This document shows positions 13,101 through 25,600 of a DNA stretch of 64,000 nucleotides, in pieces. The translations under genes and the position numbers were made by a program. Each line of letters begins with the position of its first letter. Positions within the stretch are counted from its first letter, which is position 1. The stretch comes from Phoronis australis. Its lineage: Eukaryota > Animalia > Phoronida. The notes beneath the pieces are model-generated. The model was not told where the DNA came from, made no database searches, and worked only from the letters and a program-made list of their open reading frames with translations. The DNA lies in contig NMRA01000016.1 of assembly GCA_002633005.1 (NCBI GenBank), forward strand, positions 95,186 through 159,185. The letters run 5' to 3'.

Positions 13101-16100
13101 CATGTTACTACAGATTACTTAGTTGATTTGTGTACTCGCTTGAGGCGATTTGGAGGACTTGATGTTTTCAGGTGCATTTCAAGTATTGGCCGTAAGGCGC
13201 CAAAAGGCCAGTTTGTGAGACTGCTGCATAGAAGCAAGAGCCACACATGCATTCGGGTGAGTGGACGCATCTGCTTGACAGTGTGAGCACTAACACCTTC
13301 GGTCTCACTTAACTGTATCATTCACACACTCTCTGGACGTAAATGGATATAATTTCAATTTCCAACTGCCAAATAAACGCACAAAATTGACGGTGATGTA
13401 CCAGAACCTAAACCACCCGCCGAAGTGAATAACAGCCGTCTCAAACATGACGGGCACTCGCTCATGTGTAATGATGTTTCTGCAGAAGGCCCGTGCACTT
13501 TTTACCAATTTTTTTGAAAAATTGATCATAGCATATAAGGCAAACACAAACTGAATTGAAAGTTACGAAATGTTTGTATGCAAGAGAAACACTGGCTTTC
13601 GACTGACGAGACTCATTGTATGCTGGTGATATTTAACGGAAACTTAGAGTAAATGTTTCCTCGTGTTCTCCTACTTGACGTTTGCTGTTTTGCCTGTCTT
13701 GCAGGAAGGTGCCGTCGTGCACGAGGTGCTGCACGCTCTCGGTCTGGTCCACGAGCAGACCAGAAGTGACCGCGACGACTACGTGTCGATTAACTTCGAC
13801 AACATTCGACCGGAGGGCCACTCTGAGTACCGTAAATCGAAAACGAAGAACGTACAGCCTTATGACGTGAATAGCTTGATGCATTATGGTGTGAAGGTGA
13901 CCCTTTATTTTAATGGAGACTTGATCGCATTATTGCCCATAAAAGCGGCCAGTTACCTGGAGATCGTTTCAGAGTCCACTATCTTGCGAGAAAATGAATT
14001 TTTCACAAGACCTCGCAAAATCACTTGAGGGATAAACGAGCAACTTGAGAGTTTGCTCAGTAGCATACTAGAACATCCAAGCAAAATGGCGGCCACTGGC
14101 TTGCTTGGTCGGTGAGATTGGAATGTTTTAAACATTCCAAACTGTTGGATTGAATTCACTGTATCCGTTTCATAACTTAAGTTTTTTGCTACAAATGAAC
14201 TTAAATGGCACGCGTCTACGGAATGCGCGCATACCGCATACCTTCCATCAAGGAGCCTATTTTTTATTTAGATAACTTACGGTGTCAAGTTGTCTGACCT
14301 CAGTCAATATAACTTTGGTTTCTGCGCCTGATAGTTCGTTAATGCGCGAGACTAAATTGTACAGTTTGACTTGTCGTTTTATTTCCCGAACGTGGTCTCC
14401 AGCAATAACGAACGGTCAGTTCTTTGCAAAAACCAAAATATCGCTTCTCATCTGAGTACAGAACAAGTTGACCGCGATTTTATAATGGCAAGTGGTCCAA
14501 ATCAAGAGTCAGTATGTAGCCGCTTTAACGGATATGCAGTGACAATACCTCGCTCAATATCAAACAAGATATTGCTTTGAGATACATGTCAACGCACCGT
14601 TGTTTTGATCAAGATAAAAACTCATTTCAAAACCTTCTAAATCATCAAGCGTGATCAGCGTTTCGAATTGCTTGGCGCCTATTGGAAATCTTTAGCACGA
14701 CCGAAACTATACTGTATTATTACCATAGCAGTAACTATACAGCTACAATGTGTACTGACTCAAGTTAGTCATAGAAATGGCGTCCAGGAACTTAACAACT
14801 AACGCTACCCCTCCCGTCTCAATATTTTTTTATTTTTATTCCACGTCGATGTTCGCTGGATAACGGCAATACATTTATCATCTAACTGTCCGCATTCTGC
14901 TCTGTTGTTAGATGGTAATAAATGTGCAGCGCGGAAGCAGCAGCTATCAGGCAGTCACTCCTGTGATTATCTAGTATTTTTGGTTTGCTCTTGCTGTGGG
15001 TATGAAAAAGGCTAACGATCCACTTTGATTCAAATTTTTAACGATAAAGTAAGCCATGGTATAATGTCTAAGTTCAGATATCGTGTTTCAGAAAGGTCCA
15101 CTCGGATTTGTGTGTCCACTGTTCTCAAAAAACGCTGTGAGGAATTGTTTATACTTTTTCACGAGAGGCTATTAAAATTGACTTTTTATGAAACAACTTA
15201 ATATTGCATCCAACAGCCACGAAATGATAGTTCCATCGTTGCCTTGCAATGCTATGAATATACGTGTATCTCTTTTCTTTAAATTTCATAAAGAAAGGTC
15301 ACGTGACGTAAGTAATAGTAGTTTGATATCAAATTAAAAATCAAAGTCTGCAGGCACTCAAAAAATATGTATTTTCAAAAAAAATTTTTCTAATTTTCTA
15401 GATATTTGGCTAAATACAAAGACTTTTCGAAAAAGTCCCACATAAGTGTTTTCGTCTATAAAGCGCGTTTAGCTCTCTGGGTTATGGAATAACAAGCCAC
15501 AGAACCAGTATCCTTATCATTGAGCGAACCAGGCCTGCGGTCCGTGGACCCCAGTGCCCGGTTGTATGAAACAGTCCCAGATAGAGACTCAACTAAAGTC
15601 CCTAAGTCTACTGCGTAATTTCTGGCTTGTGAAAACACTGCTTGTCCTATCTTATGCTGTTTCAGTATCATTACATTGTCAATTTTTGGTTTTGATACAT
15701 ATCGAGCGTGAAATCCAGATTGAATTCTAAATATTATTGATAATAAGTAGGGATCTTTTCATGCAACGCCCCCAATTTAAGGGCTAAATCCCTAACTGTT
15801 TTGATTGAGTTAAAGGCTCAGTTTTTAGTTATATTATTAGAAAATGTCATTAATCAAAGAAGAGCTCATAAGAAAGTTAAAATTATAGAAAAAATATTAC
15901 ATCTGTGCCTAAAAACAAAACAAATACGAAAAAGATTTAGGGAACTTAGCTGAGTCCCTATTTGGGACTTTTTCATGCAACCGGGCACTGAGTACCGAAA
16001 GAGCAAGCCAGTCTTCGAAAGGTGTTGCCGCACACGTGACCACGATTATTCTCGCGTCGATGGGGCGCCACCCTGGGCACAGCACGTCAAAGCTGTACCC

Positions 16101-19100
16101 TAATGTAACGTGGACGATTTCAACCGATAACATATGGTACAATGTACAAATCAGGAGCTGCGCAGCACTGAAATAAGTGGGGTGACCATAGTCCCCAGCC
16201 CCCATGGTTTGCCGCAAATTCAATTGATACTGATTTTTCAGGAATTCAGAATAAATTACAAAAAGCCTACCATTACTGTCAAAGCCAAGCTCCTAGAAAG
16301 GCTTATCGGAAACCGCAAAGCGATGTCCTATTACGACGTGAAGACATTGAACATAATGTACAACTGTTCAGGTTCGTTCCATTTGTTTGCCGTCCCTTTA
16401 ATGGAAGCCCAATCTGCTGCTGTGACTCTAAACGTGTTTTCCTCACGCAATTTGGAGGTATAGTGGTGACGTATCTGCCACTATTATGACGCGATTTTGA
16501 CTCACAGATAAGAATACAAATGCACAATCATACCACATTTTCAAAAATTGTGCAGAGCCACGGGGGTAAATTTAGCTTGTGAAATGTTTATAACGCTTTG
16601 TGTTTAGTTCAGTTAGTGTTTTCCGACAACGGTTGCACCATTTATATGCCACTCGGGAGATGAGAATTATTAAGATTGACCAGGTCCATAGCTACAGTTC
16701 ATGTAGGTAATAATTTTGGACGTGCTTAGTAATCTGACTTACGCAATATTGTTTTTTAATTTTGGCATTTCAGTTTTATTTGATTCGGGTTTCAAAAGTT
16801 CAAAATGTCGTAAAACTAGACAAGCGAACAGTGTTTAGTATCTAGGCCTGGTCACGTGTAGCAGCTACAGAACCTTGCTCGGGAATTTACTTCAAAGATC
16901 AATCATATTAGGCTAAATTTGAAAGTTCATTCTAAGGGCGAATCATGAGAGTCATGATTTTACTCAAAGTGGCTAAACACATTAGTCATGTGAGCTCAGT
17001 TTTTATCCTCGGCCGAAATCAGGACATCATCGACTATTCCCCTCTAGTTACGTGACCTGGGTTCCAGTGTGTCAGTTCAGGAACTATTCCTTTGATTTTC
17101 AGTTATCAGGGCAAAAATGTTTTAAGACGTGAAAAAAATGCAATATACACCTTTGCTGTCTAAAAATAAAAATTCCTCTCCGCAAACGAGGAAGCGGAGG
17201 AGTGTAGTGAATTGTAATTAATGAGCTGAATGTCGGCAATGGTAAATGCTGCAATTTTAGAAGCAGGACGCAATATTTTTTAATCCCTTTGTCACAAGAA
17301 TTTCACTGATTCAACACCGGGCTGCTAATTAAGGTGTTCTTCTTTTGCGCTGTAGAACTCAGGTGTCCGCGCAGGCCAGGCAGTCGGGTCTACTGAATAC
17401 TATCTTAATACGAATGCTTCTGGCTGAATGTGAATTATTCTTTTTACTTTAAACGCATTAATACTTATACCATACCATTTGGCTCCATTGCAAGTTTTCT
17501 TTCTGAAGTTAACTGGTATTGTGTTATTCATTGCTGACCGTCAGACTCCCAGGAGTAACGGGAGTCGCAGGAGACCACCGGTACCTTAGTTTCATTCTAA
17601 ATTTATTTTCTATACTGTCGCAAATTTGATCTCCAAGATATTCTAACTGTATAGCAGTTTAATTCAATTATTTTATATTGCATGTTCGTTGTTATATTTG
17701 TAGTATTTGTTTAGAAGAGTTAATTACACCCAATAAAACACGCCTAGAGGTCGACATACATGTAGTCGGGGCTTTGTTATGCATTCCTTGGCACAGGACT
17801 GTGACTGGTCCGTAATTTTATACAAGTGTCTCAAACTATGCATACGCCATTGATGATTTGAACCATTTATTCCGATAAAACAGCTGGGACGGCGGCATTC
17901 GCCTTTTGCCAGTGCTGGCCTCGGTCCTCACACCGCCCCATTTCATCGACAATTTCAATACAAATTTTCTCTATTTTGGTTTCATTAAAGTTAAGGTCCG
18001 CAGTCAATTGTTTTACAACCTTTTGCAGGCTTCCAACAGGCAATGCTCCAGTCGCACAGCCGGCGTTCTTAAGCCTGGGTTCCTGAATGAATCACAATTG
18101 TTGGAGAAGCATGTTCACAAAACACTTTAATTCATTTTTGACTGAGCATGACTTAGTAGTTGCCTCTCAGTCAGGGGTTCAGAAGTGAGTCTTCTCTGAA
18201 ACTGCCCTCATTTATGTTCTTAACGGCTGGGCTCAGGGTGTGGATAGTACTCATAACGTTGGTGTAGTATGTTTGGATTAAGGCTTTTGATCTTGTTCAT
18301 CACAATATACTTTTAAGTATACTAAACTCTTAATTTACAAGGTTGCCAAGGTTTCGCTAGACTGGTGTCAATCATACCTCTCAGAGAGGTGCCAGGTTGT
18401 ATCCCTTGTTGGATGTCTGTCTGAGTCCCGAGGTATCACACACGGTGTCCCCCAGGATCCATCCTGGGACCTCTGCTGTTTTCACGTTTTTATAAATGAT
18501 CTCTCCTTAGTCTGCGAAAACACTGTTGACATGTATGCAAATGATACTACTTCGTCAGTTGTGCCAGACTTACTGGTGGCTGTGAAGAACAGACTCCAGT
18601 CTGATTTGGATATAGTTGCTACCTGGTATGTTGATAACAAAATGGTAATCAATGCTTAAAAAACAAAATGTATGAGTATTGCCTCAGAGCAACGTCATAG
18701 TAGAGGTGACCTTGAACTTAATTTGGCTATTTCGGGTTTACAGCTCAAACAGGTTGACAGTGAGCAGTTAATCGGTATGGCTTTTGACAAGACCCTTAGC
18801 TGGTCTAGTTATCCTAGTGGAACTGTGTCCAAAATTAGACAGCGTCTTAATGGTCTCTAACGTATATCGCCATTTCTTTCCACAGAAGTGCGTCTGCAAT
18901 ATTTCAGCGCTTGTGTATTTCCTCTGTTTTTTACAGTGTGGTGCAAAATTGGTTTCCTGGCTATTGAAGGCTCAAAAGCAGGCGGCCAGAATTATTCTAG
19001 ATGTAGCTTTCAATATTCCATCAACTCATGTTTGACACACTGTGTGGTTCCCTCTTAACAAATATTTATATTTAGGCGTTTGTGTATGATGCATAAGTGT

Positions 19101-19635
19101 TTTCACACTAATGTACCAATTTATTTATCTCGTACCCTATTAATTGTTCGAAATAGCCACCAGATTAGCACAAGATTTTCTACTTCAAACAAATTGTTTT
19201 GCCTAAACACAGAACTTCGTTTTACTCTAAGTCCTTTTTACTGAGGAAATTCAACAGTGGTACGGTGTGCCAAATAGTCTAAAGGAGGGTGATAGTTATG
19301 ATAACTTCAGATTCAAACTCATCAGTTATCTGTGGTCATCAAAACTGTCCCTCCCTTCGTAACTTCAATGAATATACCATGAAAAAGTTTTTAAAGTTTT
19401 AATATAATTTATTTATTTATTTAATTTATCTATATTTTTAATTCAGTCTGTAAAATCAGTTTGTAAAATATTCATTTTATTTCAATGTAACTTAATTTAA
19501 CCTATTTATCTATCATAATTTTTTTAATATATTTTTGCTGTAGATGACCATGGTGTGCATTAGCCTTTGGCTAAAGCATGTTTTTATATTTATTGTATTT
19601 TATCCTTTATGAATAAAGTTTTATTATTATTATTA

Positions 19636-19667
<32 letters not shown>

Positions 19668-22600
19668 TATTGTACTTCCTCTTTCACGGTTAATTCAAAA
19701 TGGCGGTATGTTCTTCTGTTCAGAATCATGTGTTTATTTAAACTTTTTTCGGCTACGAATTGTGTATTGGTTATGGGATAGGTATTGCTTGGATCCTTAT
19801 AAATTCTTCTAACCTTTTAATAGGGTTTAAATACGTATACTACTGGCACTTTAACATGACACAAGACGAAGCACATGCATGTACCGGTGCCGGCGGCATA
19901 CACAATATCAGCTTCACCCAAAACTCCCAAACTGACCGCTGATAGAGCTCTTTCACGGGATGTCTTGAATAATCTACGCTGGCGATGCATGCCTCAACGT
20001 TTGATGTCATAATTTTCGAATGTCCTTAACGATGTGTGTGCATCTTACCCAAAACGTTTCATAACCATTTACCGACAAAAAACGTTAAGGGCGTATTTAA
20101 CGATTGCATTCCATTTTGCAGGTATGCCCAAAATGTATTTGCCCAGCCAAGTGCAGTTCTAAAACTTCGGTAATGAAAGATTTGGAGTCGTTTTTTATTT
20201 GTAGCTGGCTGTAATCTTCAATGTCAGAATGACGGCTACCCTATTAGAGACAGCCAGGGTACTTGTCGGTGCACCTGTCCCGATTACTTCAAGGGCACGC
20301 ACTGCGAGCTGATTGATGACAAAGGAGGTACTTTTTCAAATCTGTTCATAGTTTCGACAAAGTTAAGAAAACCTTACTTAGACCAACATATTGTCCCGGT
20401 AGCTCTGGCAGCTTACGTCAATTTATGAAATCACTTGAGGGACATTAAATATGTATTGTATATAAACGGGTATACAAATGTAGCTTGACAATGAGAACTT
20501 TTTTTTCTTTGTGGCTTACATTGTGGTGTTAATACAGGTTTAATAGTATTTCTGTCTTTATGAAACAAACAGGCAGATTAGAACATTTTGCCAATGAGGA
20601 ATCCGATGATGTCGTGTCCCCATGAGTCATAATCGGGTGATTAGTGTAATAGGTCCGGCATTGTGGCCTAAACACGCCTGATGTACCGCAAAAGGCACCT
20701 GCATCTTTTTTACATTGCGGTGTTTAATACACGGATTCACCTATGGTGGTGGACAACAAAACGTTCATTCGTTTTAAGCATCGTGCCCCCAAAATAATAT
20801 AGAACTCCATGTGATGATTACAGAATGCAGGAAGCAGTGTGACCTAGTGGGATAAGTGTTTGCTTACTCAAAGTCGTGGGTTCGAGTCCCACTGGGGCAC
20901 ATTGATAGACCCTCGAGTCTTGTCTCCAGCTCCTCACCTCGGTTTTAGTTATGAACAAACTATAAAAATGTATCAAAAGGAGCAGTCCAATAGGTCCACC
21001 TGAGCGGCCTGTACATGTCTGGGACATTGTACCAGACCGCCTGCTCTTATTTTTTCCATGACGAATACCACGTGACAATGGAGAAATTGATAAAATTGCG
21101 AAATAAGACCATTGCCAGTTATTTGATCTTTGATCCCGCAATAGAAATCGATTTTCTTTTGACATTTTACATTATACTTTTAAGATAAGCCTATAACAAT
21201 CTTTGAGTACAGTTTCCGTTTACAGTTGTACGTGGATAACAGTCATTACATACCCTACACGTCTTAGCCCCACATCAGCAACTTTAATAGATACATCAAA
21301 ATCATACGGTCACATACATACACACTCTGGTATTCTTCTCTCTTCGATTTCAGACCACTGTCCTATCTTCATTGCTTCAAAATTGATAATGAAAATCCAC
21401 CCTAAACGCCCTACTTTCGTCTCAAAATATTCTTACACACCACAAACAAAAACTCACTTTCTCATTAGCTTACGGAATTGCAATATCATGGAAAAGCTAG
21501 ACCGCAGCCTAGATTGTGACCCCAATCACAACTACGCAATACTCAGTGATACTTTGACATATCTCACGAAAAAACACTTTGGTCCAAAAAATGTTAGATA
21601 TAATAAACACAAATACGCGCTTAACTCGTGGATTACACCTGGTATTTTAATTTCCATTCGTTACCAAGATAAACTGTACAAACAAACCAAGACAACTCCT
21701 CGCAACACACAATCCTACGCTACATGCCTTAATAATCTTAAAGTATACAACAAGATTCTCAAAAAACTATTGATTTTGCCAAGCAATCTTACTATTATGA
21801 CACATTCGAAAAAGGGAAGTCTGACATAAATAAAACATGGGATACAATAAAGACAGTTATGAACAACGGCGTTCGAACAAAAATGATACCCCAGAATGTC
21901 TCTTACGCTCAGATAACACTAAAACCAGTGACCTACCCAAAATGGCAAGTTTATTCAACACCTACTTTACCCAAATCGGCCCATCCCTGTCTGAATCAAT
22001 AACTATGATAAAAAACAAGAATTTCCCAAGCCAAACAAATTTAAGTTCTCTTTCAGACTAATTAATAATAAACATGTACTAGATATTATAAGAGACATGG
22101 ACGCAAAAAATAGTACTGGTCATGACAATTTATCATCTAAAATTATCAAAATAAGCAGTCCTTTTATAATTGAACCTCTCACGACCATCATCAACCAGTG
22201 CTTGCTCACTGGTATATTTCTAAAGATTGCTAAGGTGATCCCAGTTTTTAAACAACACGGTTTGGATCCAGAGCACCCGGGCAATTATAGACCCATTTCT
22301 ATTCTTCCAACAATCTCAAAAATTATAGAAAAAAATTATCCATACTCAACTTTCAACTTTCCTAAATGAAAATGATATTCTTAATAAACATCAATATGGT
22401 TTCAGGAAATGTCACTCTACAGAACTTGCTTCGCTTGAACTTTTAGACCGCATTTGTTCCCATCTTGATAATGACATGAATCCACAGGTCATCTTTCTAG
22501 ATCTCTCTAAAGCTTTCGACACAATAGACCACCAAATACTCTTGCAAAAGGTAAATCACTATGGTATTACTGGAGTTGAATATACACTGTTCAAAAGTTA

Positions 22601-25600
22601 TCTCTCAAACCGCACACAATATGTTTCACTAAGTGATACAACTTCCAGTTGGTTACCAATATCTACCGGAGTTCCCCAAGGCTCTGTCCTTGGCCCACTT
22701 CTCTTCCTAGTTTACATAAATGATCTTTCGTTTTCTTCTCCCATGGACACACTTCTTTATGCTGACGACATTTGCCTTGTTACACCTTACAAACTGACTG
22801 AATCTTCCCAATACACATTACAGCAATCAACCACCATCAACAACAACCTTAAATCTATTTCAGACTGGTTTTCCGTGAACAAACTTTCAATTAACACATT
22901 AAAAAGTAAATTAATGATCTTTCACTACCCCCAAAAGAAAATTGAAAAATGTATTTTTCCCACCATTTATACAAAAAGCACAACAATATGTCATGTGAAC
23001 AGTTTTCCTTTCCTTGGTATTACTGTTGACAAAAACCTCTCATGGTCCCCCCACATTAACCTCATCTCAAACAAACTTAACAATCTCGGTGGACTCTTAT
23101 ACAAATTGAAATCCTATCTTCCTCTTCCAGCTCTCAAGTTGATATATAATTCACTTGTCCTTCCACATTTAAACTATGGCATTGCAACTTGGGGTTTTGG
23201 CAACACTAAGAAACTTCAGACAGCCCAGAAAAGAATCCTTGGGAATATATCAAATTCCAGTTATAATGCTCACTCTCTGCCCGTATGTAAGGAACTTCGC
23301 CTCCCTCTAGTTCAAAACATCTTTAAAATCTCAACTGCAAAATTTTACTACAAATTCCTCAATAATCAGCTTCCTAAGTATTTTTACACTAACAACTTCT
23401 TTAGTAAACCCACCCAATATAAACCAACCAGACACATTAAAACTCCTACATACCTGAATCAATACTCAGCTGCTATACCGACAATACAACCCAAAAGTTT
23501 AATTGCTCCGTCCAACAAATTGTCATCAAGAGCCTGTATCAGATTTCAGATTCCTCAACTTATAAACAACAACGAAATACCAGTCTCTGCTCTAAATATT
23601 ATAAAAACGCATTCTTTGCAAGCATTCTCCAGGTTCTTAACCAATTTTATTATTAGCAACTACGATCCAGTTTGTCATATTTTCTCTCTCATCCGTGTAC
23701 AGATGTACATGTACGTGAATAACGGTCATCCGTGTACAATGGTACGTGGATAATTGCATTTGAGTCTGAACTCGTTTTTACTCATATTATAGCTCGAATC
23801 TAAGAACATCAAGTGTCAATTTGGATTAGATAATGATCAGCGAAAACCATACCATACTTATAAACAAAAATAATAGATGTCTATTTTGAATTAACACTGA
23901 AGTAGAACGTCACATGTCAACGAAAACAATTGCAAGTTCAATACCGATTAGAAAGATTATACCCCAGGACTGAACATGGTATTGTCGTATCATCATTGCC
24001 ATCGACAACTTTTATATTCTACAGGCTGCGGTGGTAAATACAAACTCCAAAATGCTGGCGATGTTGTCACGATTTTCGGAGAAAGCACTAAAGAACGAGA
24101 TGATAGACAATGTGTGTATCTTATTGAGGTGAGCAAATGGGTTTGAAACAGGTTATTAACCACATGTAAACAGAATGCATTGGTGCCGTTTTAATCGAAG
24201 CATTATATGCATTTCTTCTACAGTAATGCATTCCTCGTCAGGGTCGTTTATGAAAGATTGCGATTTATTCATTTATTTAATTACTTGTTTAATTGTTCAA
24301 CCAGGGGAACCAGTAAGAAATTCATCAGTTTTTCATGATTAACAAACAAACAGTTACAAACGAAATTAGAGTTAGAATGAATAAGGACAAGACAGTTCAA
24401 AACCTACCTGGAACGATAACACATGTAACTGAAGCGATACGATAGAGGCATCATTACGATCACGATAAATTGCTTGTGGTTGAATGTTTAAAATAATGGT
24501 CTTTTCTTTCGTTGCTAGAACATTAATCCGGCTATCAGAATAGCAAAATAAGCTCGATCGAGGAAGGCTTTAAATTGGATATTCTACATAAATTAAGATT
24601 GTTATTCTCCATGTTAATAACTACTAAAATATTCACACAGTTACACGTACATGAATAATAACACATCACTAAAGCACGTACATGTTTTAGACGAAAGCAT
24701 GTAGGCTGTTGACACACTGTTAAGGTGATTTGGTAGTGTCTTCCACAAAATGCTGTCACACTCTTCCACGCTGTATTTGTAGCGTTCAGTATTCATTCAT
24801 GGTGGCTTGTAGTGCAATAAATCCCTTATCCATACCATCAGTTTAAATACAAAGCTCTATCGGGAAATGAAAGCCGTACAAGATGAGCGATCAAGATGAA
24901 TCCGCACTAACTTACGAACTCTATCGATAGAGTTAATAATTCTATCAATAGAGATAATAAGTCTATCGATAGAGTTTATTAAGTCTATAGATAGAGATAC
25001 TAAGTCTGTCGATAGAGTTAGTAAGTCTATCGAAGAGATAGTAAGTCTATCGATAGAGTTAGCAACGGAGAAAAAAGTTGCAGTGACGTCCTTTAACAGC
25101 CACCGTAGGACAGCTTCCTCACAGTTTACACAATAATCGATGTATGATAGAACTAGTGTATTAACTAGCAGGACTACCTGAGTATATTGTGTACTACTTC
25201 CTGGAGTCGGGTCATCTGTATGGGAATATTATATAGACAGTTATCAATCAACATTTTTCAAATTTTCAAACGTTATGGAAGAACATCATCAAGGCTTCAA
25301 TTTTGTCTAAATTTGATTGCGTTAACCTTTTCAATATGGCCTCAAAATATAAAACCTGCGCTATCACTAATAGTTACTTCGGTGGGATACAGCATCACGG
25401 CTCAGAACGTAATGAATTTATCCCGGTGATGAGGGCCATCAATCTCACTACAGGGGGAGTGGGCGTCTCAAAATAGCGGTTTATCGTTACAATAAATTCT
25501 TAATAATGTTGCACACAGTTTACCGACCTTAAAAATGTCGTCGATGGATAATAGTTCAATTGTGAAACGGTTTCTTTGTTTTTAATTAGTACCATTTATC

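Noticed and set aside
24918-25062. CRISPR-like array
   Set aside because: Units are contiguous 21-22-mers without unique spacers, context is eukaryotic, no cas genes
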